Part shown: positions 17,968-27,644 of the stretch, piece by piece
Position numbering within the stretch: the first letter of the stretch is position 1
Layout of the letters: each line of letters begins with the position of its first letter
Assembly (NCBI GenBank): GCA_046075565.1
Contig: JBJTQJ010000038.1
Span: 1-38,477 of the forward strand
Direction of reading: 5' to 3'
DNA from: Verrucomicrobiales bacterium
GTDB lineage: Bacteria > Verrucomicrobiota > Verrucomicrobiia > Verrucomicrobiales > SLCJ01
Length of the DNA: 38,477 nucleotides
The notes under the pieces: model-generated
Seen by the model: the letters and a program-made list of their open reading frames with translations, nothing else
Told to the model about the DNA's origin: nothing
Database searches by the model: none
Position numbers and translations under genes: made by a program

Positions 17968-18229
17968 ATGGAAATCTGGCCCGTCGGAAATTCCTGTCAA
18001 CTGCGCTGTTAGACTTCTCCCAGAGAGTTGCCCACATATTCGATTCAAGTCATTACAATCCGTGCCCATCCGTGGTTTTCTTGGTCTCTTCAAGGCTAAA
18101 CATCAGGTGGGAAAGTCTGTTTTCCATGCCGCCCTTCGACTCTCGCTGCGTGCGGCTTGCCACCCCGATTGATTCCTGACCACGGCAATTTGAGTTGCGG
18201 CCCGAGCCCCTAGCCATAGGATTGCCAGG

Positions 18230-19126
18230 ATGAATCGTGCCATCCGCATCCTTATCGCCTTGGGGCTCGCAACAAGTGTTGTATCACCGCGCGTCTGCGT
18301 CGCTGCAGACGGCAAGGCCGCCGACCCCGCAACCCAGGCAATGGCACGAGTTTACTCCGACGCGCACGTTCACTTCCACATCCGCAGCGCGCAGGATTTC
18401 GATCGCATCGCCGAGTGGATGAAATCGGTCAACGTCGATCGCGTCATCAACCACCCGCTTCGACAGAGCCTGCCGCGCGATGACAATGAACGAGCACAAA
18501 TGCTCGCCAACTACGCCCGATACAAGGGCGTCATCGAGCGCTTCTGCATCATCTACCCGGAGGATGTCGAAACTGTCGAGCAGGCTGTGGCGATCCTCAC
18601 CCGCGAGAAGGAGGAAGGAGCCATCGGTTTTGGGGAGCATTATGGAACGAAACTCATGTTCGACGACCCACAGAATATGAGGCTCTACGCCGCCTGCGAG
18701 AAAGTTGGCCTGCCGGTAATGTTCCACATGGACCGGAACCAGAATCTGGATGAAAAAGGACTGCCGAGGCTGGAGAACGTGCTGAAAGCCTACCCGAAAT
18801 GTATCCTCATCGCCCATTCGGATTGGTGGAAGAATCTCGGCGACGGCACCTGCGGTCGGCTGCTTGAAACGTATCCGAACCTTTATGCCGACATCTCCTG
18901 CACGGTGGTCCGTAGCGCCATCGGCAGGGACAAGAACATGGCACGTGAGTTTTTCATCAAACACGCCGAAAAACTGCTCTTCGGCACCGACAGCGGGTGG
19001 TGGTCGTTCAACAAGCCGCCAATGCCGGAATTTTCACTGATCGAGGAACTCAAACTCCCCAAGGACGTCGAGGACAAGATCTGCCGCTTGAACATGGAAA
19101 AGCTTTTTCCCGTAAAATCCCCCTAG
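18230..19126 (+). CDS. Amidohydrolase family (Amidohydro_2) protein, secreted
   Basis: Signal peptide; DAHVH, GFGE, PVMFH, IAH, NLYADIS, LLFGTD. Confidence 0.88.
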   Translation: MNRAIRILIALGLATSVVSPRVCVAADGKAADPATQAMARVYSDAHVHFHIRSAQDFDRIAEWMKSVNVDRVINHPLRQSLPRDDNERAQMLANYARYKGVIERFCIIYPEDVETVEQAVAILTREKEEGAIGFGEHYGTKLMFDDPQNMRLYAACEKVGLPVMFHMDRNQNLDEKGLPRLENVLKAYPKCILIAHSDWWKNLGDGTCGRLLETYPNLYADISCTVVRSAIGRDKNMAREFFIKHAEKLLFGTDSGWWSFNKPPMPEFSLIEELKLPKDVEDKICRLNMEKLFPVKSP

Positions 19127-19340
19127 ATTGTGGGAATGCCCAATCCCCTTGAAATCCGCGTGATTTGGCGGCAGGATGCCGATTTATGCTGCCGTCCAAC
19201 TCTGCGCCGGTTGGGGTCAAAAGCCCCCGGACAACCCCCATTTGCCCGCCTCCGGTCCGGTTTGGACGGGCGTAGCGTGGTCTGCACCTCCCCATTTCCC
19301 CGTTGGCTCCTCCGGGGGCCTGCTTTCCAAAGCGAATCCC

Positions 19341-22300
19341 ATGCCGTCGAACAACATTATAAAAGTACTCTTTCTCCTGACCCTAGCTGGCTTTGCCCAT
19401 GGCGCCCCGATCGAGGTACTCAATCCCTCGGGCGAAATCAACAATGGGGTCGATCGTTCCCCTATATCCGGCGCTGCCGTGATTGGGTGGACTTCCAGTA
19501 CTACCAATAGTGGTCAGGTGATTAATGATGGCACCGACTACGGGAACGGCGGATGGCGGCTCTCTTTTAAGGACAACCAGTGGATCCGCCAGATGACCGG
19601 ACACGCCATCCCAACCGGAGCATCTTACTCCCTTCGCTTTGACGCGGCGATGTTTTCCGCGGGCACTCCCGTCGGAGATCTCACCTTGATCGGAGGCAGC
19701 GTGCGCAACGGCAATTTCAACGCGGACACATCGACCACCTCTTCCAGACCCTTCAACGACACGCCCGATTGGTATAACCTTGGAAGCGGCTTGCAAACGG
19801 CTGAAGCGACCAAAACCGACCTGCCAGTGGACGGCACCCGCAACGCGGTGGTATCGGAAGCCGGAACCAGACTCTTCGCGAATGACACCGGCCACACCCT
19901 TGTGACCGGGCAGACCATCCGGGTCACCTACCAGTGGCGCGACGCTTCCAACTGGAACGACGCGACCGATCGGATCGGGGTGACCCTTTTCACGACAAGT
20001 GACGACACCATCACCGGCACACGGACCATCATCGAGACCAAATTGTCCGCCGTGTCCGCGGTCGACTCGTCCTACCAGTCCGAAACTAACGACTTCTCTC
20101 CCATCCCCGGGTCCGCGAATGGCAAGCGTCTGTTCGTCTACTTCACCGGTGTGGATGGCAATGGCACCACCACGGGCTTTGCCCGGCTTGACAATTTCAC
20201 TCTCGTGGTGCTTTCAGGCGGCAGCACCCGAGTCATCATCGCCGATCTCTATGTAGACGACAATGGAACGCCTCTGCCGGTAGCGACCAGAACCTACCCA
20301 TTCAAGACCCCGACCGTCGGGTCCTGGGATCACTACCACCTCGCGGTGCCCGCAGGCGCGCTCGACGCCCACGCGGGGAAGACCATCGGCATTCGTTTTC
20401 GATCGCTGGATCTGGGTGCCGGAAGCTTCCAATCCGTGGACAACGTCCGCCTCGACTTTTGGCCTTCCGGATCTCCCGACGGTTCCTTCACCACGAACTG
20501 GAACAGCACGCCGAACCAAACGTGGGCGGGACCGGGCTATTGGGCCAACCGATTGCAGGACTGGCAGGTCAGCGGCAACCGGGTCCAATGCATCGAAGAC
20601 GCCCGCCAGCGTCTCACCTTGCACCGCACCGGCACCTCGATCCGAGGAAATGGCGGGAATTTCACCTTCAGCGTGCGGACAGGCTTGAATACAGGCACCA
20701 ACAGCGCCGGCTCACGCGCGGGTTTCCTTTTGGGTGCCGCTCCCAATGTGGACTGGCGGGGGGCATTGCTGGTGCACGACGGATTGGGCCGCGATTTCGG
20801 TCTTTTCATGGGCATTACGGGAGGAGGGAACCTCGTCATCGAGGATTACTCGACCGGCGCCGTGACCGCGCTCGCCTCCGGGGCCGCCACCGGGGGATTC
20901 GCGGCCAACACCCGGCTCAATCTTGCCGCCACTTACAACAGCGGACCGGGCACCTACACGCTCACGCTCACCGCCTTTAATAGTTCAAACACGCAAATCG
21001 GCTCGATCAATACCTCGATCCCCTCCGACCGGGTGCTGGGATCATTCGGCCTGCTCAGCAACTTTGGAACCACCGCGGCCACCCACTGGTTTGATGATTT
21101 CACCGGCAGCGGCAACGCCCTGCATCCCGAGACCGATCGCCACCTCGCCATCCTCGGTGCAATGCACACGCTGTCGAAGGGCAAACTCAAGCTCACCGCA
21201 CAACTCTCGCCGCTGAGCCTGGCCTCAAACCCGACGGTCGCACTGGATACCTGGAACGGCGCGTCGTGGAGCCAAATCGCCACCGCGCCGGCGGACAACA
21301 CCGACAACCTTTCTTCTTACACCGCCACCTTCGTCCTTTCCGGATGGAACGATACCGTGGACAAAGACTACCGGCTCCGCATCAATATCGGAGGCACCGA
21401 CTACTCTTGGACCGGCACCATTCGCCGTGATCCGATTGATAAGGAAGAACTCGTCATCGCGATGACTACCTGCCAACGCATCAATGACGGCAACATGCAG
21501 AACGATGGCTTCGACTGGTCGCCAGTAATGCTCTGGCAGCCGCATGTCATGTCCTTCAGCCACATCGCGAAACACGAACCGGATGTTCTTCTAGCCCATG
21601 GAGACCAGATCTACGAGGGCCAGCCTACCGGGGAAGACAACTCGAATGCGGTCAATCGCCAACTCGACTACCTTTACAAATGGAACCTGTGGGTCCTTCA
21701 GGCTAGGGAACTCTCCCGCAACATTCCAACCGTAGCCCTCCCCGATGACCACGATGTTTTCCAAGGTAATCTATGGGGCGAAGGAGGAATCAGCACTGAA
21801 TCCGAGAACACAGGAGGCTATACCCCTCCGGCGAATTGGGTGAGAATGATCGAGCGAACCCAGACATCAAATCTGCCCGATCCCGATCCCTACAACGCCG
21901 TCCAGCCGCCGCCCACCATTGCACAGGGAATCAAGGTTTACTTCACAGGAATGACCTACGGAAGACTCGGCTTTGCCATTCTCGAGGACAGGAAATTCAA
22001 GACAGGCCCCTCAAGCCCGCCTGCAACTGAGGATCAGCATCTGCTGGGCGAGCGACAGCACGACTTCCTTCGTGAATGGAACAAGGACTGGGGTGGCCAA
22101 GATGTAAAGTTAATGGTCTCCCAATCACCTCTCGCCTGTGTGCGCACTCATTCGAGTGCAAATTACACTTTCTCGGTGAATGATCAGGATTCTCATGGCT
22201 GGCCGGCTCACCGCCGAAAGGAAGCTTGGCGCCTGCTTCGTGTTAGCCGGATGTTCCAACTGGCAGGTGATCAGCACGTCGCCACCCTCGTTCACCACGG

Positions 22301-23630
22301 CGCAGATGCGGCTGGCGATGCAGGCATCTCATTTGCAGCACCCGCAATGGCGAACTTTTTCCCGCGCAGCTTTGATCCTTTGAATGGAGTCACTGGCACC
22401 ACGAACACGATTAGTCCTTACAAGGGGGATTATTTTTTCAACGGAGTCGGTAATCTTCCTGTTGGTAACAACGTTCCCAATCTGAACTCAAGCTTCCCAG
22501 GGCATATTAGGATCTATGGCGTAGCGAACTCGCTACAATACTACCAGCGGACCTCAGGCATCAACCCGACCAATTATCACGATCGCGGGGCCGGTTATGG
22601 CATCACCCGTGTCAACCGCATCACCCGCGAGATCACCTTCGAATGCTGGCCGATCCACGCCGACCCCGAATACCCCAGCACCGGATCACAGTTCGGCGAT
22701 TGGCCGCAAACCTTCCGCCAAACCGACAACGACGGCCGTGTTCGGACCGGGTATTTGCCCTTGATCGACACCCACTGGAGACCCAATCCGGTGGTGCGTG
22801 TCTTTAACGAATCCACCGGCGAACTGGTGAATTCCATGCGCATTCGCGGCACCCGTTATCGCCCGCCGGTTTACAGCAACACCGGGACCTACCGCGTCGA
22901 AATCGCCTATGATGACGAGACAATTTCCGAGACCCGGAACGGGCAGACGGCAAGCCCGTCCGGCAGCGCGTCCATCCGCTCGTTCCGGGCCGTCCAGCCC
23001 AGCATCCTCTCCGGTGCCTCGACTCTGCTTGAATGGGATGTCGCCTCGCCGACGACGCTTTCGATCAATCAGGGAATCGGCAACGTGCTGGCATCCACCG
23101 TTGATGGCATCGGCTATCTGGAAGTGGCTCCCACCGCCGACACCACCTACTCTCTCACGCTCAACGGCTCCATCGTGGCCCAAACCACCATCCGCGTCTT
23201 TCCCGGACGTTCATCGTGGAATTCCACTCATTTCACAACCGCCGAGCTGGCGAATCCTTCCATCTCCGGAGGTAACGCCGATCCCGACCTTGATGGTTAT
23301 ACCAATGATCAGGAATTCCAGTTCCAAACCAATCCCCGTAATGGCTCGTCGCGTCCATATCTCCAGGGAGTGGCGCAGGTTTCCAACGGTCAAGTCGTGA
23401 TCGATTTCGAATGTTCGAGCCCCGTGGGCCAGAGTATCCCGCATTTGCTCGTGGAGGCCTGCTCCGACCTGAACGATTGGAACCCGCTGCCTTCCAATAG
23501 CTATGTTGAAACCGGCCGCCAGAACAACCCCGCGTTAGGCACCACCCGCGTTTCGATCCGCGTCACCGAACCGCTCTCGCCATCGTCACCGAAAAAGTTC
23601 TATCGGGCAGGGTGGGTGATCCAGCCTTGA
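19341..23630 (+). CDS. Large secreted PhoD-like metallophosphoesterase with N-terminal beta-sandwich domains and a C-terminal module
   Basis: Signal peptide (…AGFAHG-AP); HGDQIYE, PDDHD, EDRKFK, AGDQH motifs; C-terminal ADPDLDGYTN..EF…TNP and KKFYR. Confidence 0.85.
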   Translation: MPSNNIIKVLFLLTLAGFAHGAPIEVLNPSGEINNGVDRSPISGAAVIGWTSSTTNSGQVINDGTDYGNGGWRLSFKDNQWIRQMTGHAIPTGASYSLRFDAAMFSAGTPVGDLTLIGGSVRNGNFNADTSTTSSRPFNDTPDWYNLGSGLQTAEATKTDLPVDGTRNAVVSEAGTRLFANDTGHTLVTGQTIRVTYQWRDASNWNDATDRIGVTLFTTSDDTITGTRTIIETKLSAVSAVDSSYQSETNDFSPIPGSANGKRLFVYFTGVDGNGTTTGFARLDNFTLVVLSGGSTRVIIADLYVDDNGTPLPVATRTYPFKTPTVGSWDHYHLAVPAGALDAHAGKTIGIRFRSLDLGAGSFQSVDNVRLDFWPSGSPDGSFTTNWNSTPNQTWAGPGYWANRLQDWQVSGNRVQCIEDARQRLTLHRTGTSIRGNGGNFTFSVRTGLNTGTNSAGSRAGFLLGAAPNVDWRGALLVHDGLGRDFGLFMGITGGGNLVIEDYSTGAVTALASGAATGGFAANTRLNLAATYNSGPGTYTLTLTAFNSSNTQIGSINTSIPSDRVLGSFGLLSNFGTTAATHWFDDFTGSGNALHPETDRHLAILGAMHTLSKGKLKLTAQLSPLSLASNPTVALDTWNGASWSQIATAPADNTDNLSSYTATFVLSGWNDTVDKDYRLRINIGGTDYSWTGTIRRDPIDKEELVIAMTTCQRINDGNMQNDGFDWSPVMLWQPHVMSFSHIAKHEPDVLLAHGDQIYEGQPTGEDNSNAVNRQLDYLYKWNLWVLQARELSRNIPTVALPDDHDVFQGNLWGEGGISTESENTGGYTPPANWVRMIERTQTSNLPDPDPYNAVQPPPTIAQGIKVYFTGMTYGRLGFAILEDRKFKTGPSSPPATEDQHLLGERQHDFLREWNKDWGGQDVKLMVSQSPLACVRTHSSANYTFSVNDQDSHGWPAHRRKEAWRLLRVSRMFQLAGDQHVATLVHHGADAAGDAGISFAAPAMANFFPRSFDPLNGVTGTTNTISPYKGDYFFNGVGNLPVGNNVPNLNSSFPGHIRIYGVANSLQYYQRTSGINPTNYHDRGAGYGITRVNRITREITFECWPIHADPEYPSTGSQFGDWPQTFRQTDNDGRVRTGYLPLIDTHWRPNPVVRVFNESTGELVNSMRIRGTRYRPPVYSNTGTYRVEIAYDDETISETRNGQTASPSGSASIRSFRAVQPSILSGASTLLEWDVASPTTLSINQGIGNVLASTVDGIGYLEVAPTADTTYSLTLNGSIVAQTTIRVFPGRSSWNSTHFTTAELANPSISGGNADPDLDGYTNDQEFQFQTNPRNGSSRPYLQGVAQVSNGQVVIDFECSSPVGQSIPHLLVEACSDLNDWNPLPSNSYVETGRQNNPALGTTRVSIRVTEPLSPSSPKKFYRAGWVIQP

Positions 23631-23708
23631 TTCGCATAGCGCACACTCGTTCTACAGTGGTTTGATCGCGGCCAAGAAAGACGTGATGCGCAGATGCGTC
23701 CTTATGGT

Positions 23709-25238
23709 CTATCGGATCCCATGGATGAGTTGGTCGAAGATCACCTTGTCCCACTGGATATCATTCCGGCGGTTTTCGGGCAGTGGCCAGAAGCGGTTGA
23801 ACTCCGAATTGGCCCGTGCCTTTTCCATGATGGCCGTGATGGCCGACACCACATCCGGATGTTGATCTGCAATATTGCGGGCCTCGCCGATATCCGCCTT
23901 GAGGTCGTAGAGTTCGATCGGCTCTTTGGTGCCGCCGAAGCGGACGCCTTTCCAAGAGCCCATGCGGACCGCCTGTTGTTTGCCCATGTTGAATTCCCAA
24001 TAAAGATATTCGCGGGCCTGCTGTTTCTCCGGTTGGCCTAACAGGGTGGGCACCAACGATATCCCATCGGTGTGTGCTGGCCGCTCAGCGCCGGCCACTT
24101 CCGCCAACGTCGCCATGACATCCCATCCCGCGGCCGGTAGGCCGGTGGTTTGGGCGGCTGGGATCCGGCCGGGCCAGCGGGCGAGCATGGGCACGCGGAT
24201 ACCGCCCTCATAAAGGAAACGCTTTTTGCCTTTTAATGGTCCGGTTGCTTGAAACCTATCCGTGTGTCTGTAGTAGCTGTTTTCATCCCCGTTGTCGCTG
24301 GTGAAGAGAATGATGGTCTTTTCGTCAATGCCCTAGTTTTTCAGTTCCTGAATAATGCGCCCGACATGCGAGTCGAGGCGAGTGAGCGCGGCTGCGCAGA
24401 GTTTTTCAAGATGAGTCCAATCGCGCTCCGCGTAAGGTCCGATGTCGGGCACCTGCATTTGGTCTCCATCGGCTGGTGAACGACCATGCGGAATCTGGGT
24501 CGGGAAATAGACGAAGAAGGGCGTGTCTTTGTTGCGCTTGATGAAATCCAGCATTTCCCCAAGGAACAAATCCTGCGAATAGACTCCCTTGTTTCCTAGT
24601 ATCCCTGGACGGCGGATGTCCTCGGGGCGGTTCTCCTCAAATGTGATCTTCTCATCGTTCTTCCACAACTCGAGGGGATAAAACTGAAAGGCCTCACCGG
24701 TGCCCTTGAAGCCGAACCATTCATCCCATCCATGTTCGGTCATCTTGCCTTTTGGAAGAGGAATGCCGGCTTCCAGTTTGCCGAATTGGGCGGTCTTGTA
24801 ACCGGCCTGTTTCATCACTTGTCCAAGAGTCGGAAGTTTTGGTGGCCAGAGCTCGGCGGGATAACCCTTCATATGGCCCGCATAGTCCGGAAGATGTGGT
24901 GGCATGTTGTCGCGGATCGGCGCATGACCGGGGTGCATCCCCATCAGCATGCCAACCCGTGACGGCACGCAGACCGTATTGGCCGAATAGAAGTCGGTGA
25001 AACGAATTCCAGCGGCGGCCATCTTGTCGATTTCCGGCGTTTGGATGAGCTTCTGTCCGTAACAACCCAAGCCCGCGTAGCCGAGATCATCGGCCATGAT
25101 GAGGATGATGTTGGGTTTGTCAGCCGGGTTCCCGGCGGCCTTGAGTGCGGCTGTCGGCACGAGAAACAGGGCGGCGAGAACAAGTCGGGAGAAACGTGGC
25201 AGGCGGATTATGTGAAAAAGCATTTTGCGGTTCCTCAT
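23709..25238 (-). pseudogene. Arylsulfatase-like (S1) sulfatase with an in-frame TAG at 24333-24335
   Basis: KPNIILIMADDLG, CVPSR, FGK, PH; after the TAG the same frame continues GIDEKTIILFTSDNG…LKGKKRFLYEGGIRVP…ELYDLKADIGE. Confidence 0.88.
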
Positions 25239-25414
25239 AGCCTCCACAAGCGCGGCGGCTTGAAATTCGACGGTTCGTTTTCGGCCCCGGGCAACATGCA
25301 CAGTAGGCGCTGACGCAAATCCATGGCAATTCAATTGCGGCAGGGCTTCGCAGGGAGCGGACGAGAACCCGAAACGCAACCGTCCTACACCATCCTGCTT
25401 TTGTCGCAGACTTG

Positions 25415-26083
25415 CTAGAGTTTCTTGAGGCGGATGTTTTTGAACTGCGCCTTCATTGGTGGGCCGGGGTGCATTTGCAATGCGATATGACCGCGGGATT
25501 GCTCCCCGGTGATCCGGTGGTCGGTGATTTGGCAGACCATGACATCATTCAAGTAAAGAGAGATGGATTGTCCTTGGCAGATGATTCGGTAGGTATTCCA
25601 TACGCCGGACTTGTAGTTTTTGAGTAGGGCTGCCGGATCTCCCAACGGTTCGACGGTCTTCTTCCCGTCGGCCGTGATGGTGGTTTTTTGTCCGCGTTCG
25701 GAGATAAGGCCGTGCTGGTGGTGATAGACAAATCCCATTAGGGAACCATCTCCGGTCATATCCGCCTGATAACCGAAAGTGTCCCAATCGGGCTTTTCCT
25801 GGGAGCGGATTTGGATGCCGGAGTTGGCTTGGTCGCTTATCCGGAAATCAATCACTAGCTCGAAATCGGAGGGCTGGCCGCCGCGCCAGAAAAGATAGTT
25901 CGGCTTGAGACACGGTTTTTCCGGCGTGCTTTCGGAGGTCAATGCCCCGTCCTCGACCCGCCACCAACCGGGTTTGCCTTCCCATCCGGTCAGGTCCTTG
26001 CCGTTGAAGAGATCGACGGGCTCTTCCGCGGCGAGGTGCGCGGATGCGGTCACGAGAAGAAGAGGAAGAAAGAAAGCTTTCAT
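25415..26083 (-). CDS. DUF1080 (3-keto-disaccharide hydrolase-like) secreted protein
   Basis: Signal peptide; LFNGKDLTGW, ANSGIQIRS, GYQAD, IALQMH, FKNI. Confidence 0.9.
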   Translation of the reverse strand: MKAFFLPLLLVTASAHLAAEEPVDLFNGKDLTGWEGKPGWWRVEDGALTSESTPEKPCLKPNYLFWRGGQPSDFELVIDFRISDQANSGIQIRSQEKPDWDTFGYQADMTGDGSLMGFVYHHQHGLISERGQKTTITADGKKTVEPLGDPAALLKNYKSGVWNTYRIICQGQSISLYLNDVMVCQITDHRITGEQSRGHIALQMHPGPPMKAQFKNIRLKKL

Positions 26084-26092
26084 GGCGGGCGC

Positions 26093-27442
26093 TCAGAAAG
26101 TGAAGGGAGCGCGCATGTCGCGCTTGGCGAGGCTATTGGCCTCCGGATCGTTGATGAATTCCATCTTGGAAAGATCCAATTTGAGGTCGCGTCCTAGCTT
26201 GTTACAGATGTCGGCGGCTAGGCAGATGGCCATCGAACGGAGCACCATGTCGGGATTCCCGACGGTTGTGCTACGTGTGCGAACGCAATTCAGGAAATCC
26301 CGCACATGGTCCATGGGGCGTTGGGTCCGCTCCGTATATTCGCTCAAGATTTTCCTGTAATCCTTCAGTAGTTCGGGAGAAGAGACATCGGGCTTGGCGT
26401 AACCATCGGCCGCACCGACCCAGCCTTTCTCGCCGACGAAGCGTTCGCCACACGCTCCAGTCCAGTATTCACATGGATCCCAGACACTTCCTTCTTTCCG
26501 GTAGAGAAGTAACTCCAGCCCGGTGGAAAGCTTGGTGACCATCGAGACGGTTGGCCCGGCGAACTTGAATTCGATGGAGTTTATCTTTTCCGCATCCAGA
26601 GCGGCGAGCACTTGGGCCACGGTATGCGAGCCCCATTGGGCGATATCGGTGGCCATGCACTCGAAGTTATACCACTCGCCCGTAACATACTGGCCGTTGT
26701 AGGGCCTATCCGGAACGGGCCCGAGCCATTGATCCCAATCCAAATCGGTTTTCGGCAGCATGGTTTCGGCAGGCAGGTTGTCTACTCGATACCCGCCACG
26801 CCAGCGGCAATCCGCATACGCGGCCTGCAGCTTGCCCAAATGACCCAAGCGGGCCATCTCGATCGCGAATACATGGTGTGACTCGCTCAGCCGCTGGGCA
26901 CCGGTTTGGAAGACCCGCTTTTGGTCGCGGGCGGTTTCGACGAGTTTCCGACCTTGCTCCATGCTAAGACAGGAGGGCTTTTCGCAATACACATCTTTGC
27001 CGGCACGCATGGCCAGCACCGAGGCCAAGGCATGCCAACGGTCGCCCGTGGCGATCAAGACGGCTTCCACATCGGAGCGTTCGCTCAGAAGCTGCAGCAT
27101 GTCGGTGTAAAGGGCGCAGTCGGTATTGCCATTGCGGGCATCCACTGCGCTTTTGCCGGCATCACGTTGGCTTTTTCTCACATCGCAGATGGCGACAAAT
27201 TGAACGTCTTGGTGGCCAAGAAACCGACTCAGGTCGCGTGAGCCTTGGCCTCCGATGCCGATTCCTCCCATCACGATCCGATTGCTCGGGGCGACTGTCC
27301 CATCTCTCCCAAGAGCGGAGGCGGGAACAAAATAGGGCAAGGCCACGGCGCTGGCGGCCATGGCTCCCTTGGTTAAAAACTTGCGCCGGGAGTTTCCGGG
27401 TGTGGTCACAGGCTGGGTGGATGGTGGGATTACTGGCTTCAT
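26093..27442 (-). CDS. Tat-exported Gfo/Idh/MocA oxidoreductase
   Basis: SRRKFL twin-arginine signal; GIGIGGQG, ATGDRWH, DVYCEKP, QTGAQR, LDWDQWLGP. Confidence 0.92.
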   Translation of the reverse strand: MKPVIPPSTQPVTTPGNSRRKFLTKGAMAASAVALPYFVPASALGRDGTVAPSNRIVMGGIGIGGQGSRDLSRFLGHQDVQFVAICDVRKSQRDAGKSAVDARNGNTDCALYTDMLQLLSERSDVEAVLIATGDRWHALASVLAMRAGKDVYCEKPSCLSMEQGRKLVETARDQKRVFQTGAQRLSESHHVFAIEMARLGHLGKLQAAYADCRWRGGYRVDNLPAETMLPKTDLDWDQWLGPVPDRPYNGQYVTGEWYNFECMATDIAQWGSHTVAQVLAALDAEKINSIEFKFAGPTVSMVTKLSTGLELLLYRKEGSVWDPCEYWTGACGERFVGEKGWVGAADGYAKPDVSSPELLKDYRKILSEYTERTQRPMDHVRDFLNCVRTRSTTVGNPDMVLRSMAICLAADICNKLGRDLKLDLSKMEFINDPEANSLAKRDMRAPFTF

Positions 27443-27644
27443 GAGTGGATGGGCCCGAATTCGTGGCGGCCCACAGAGCTACATCCGACCTGATGGTATT
27501 CTTTCACAATTGTCGCCTTCACAAGGTGCGCTTGCCCAATCGAAACACCACGTTCATTCCGTCCATTCAATCCTTTGGAACTCATCCCGCGACGAACAAA
27601 TGGTCCTACGTTCTGTGTGACGGCTTGTGGTCGAACTTCCGGCC

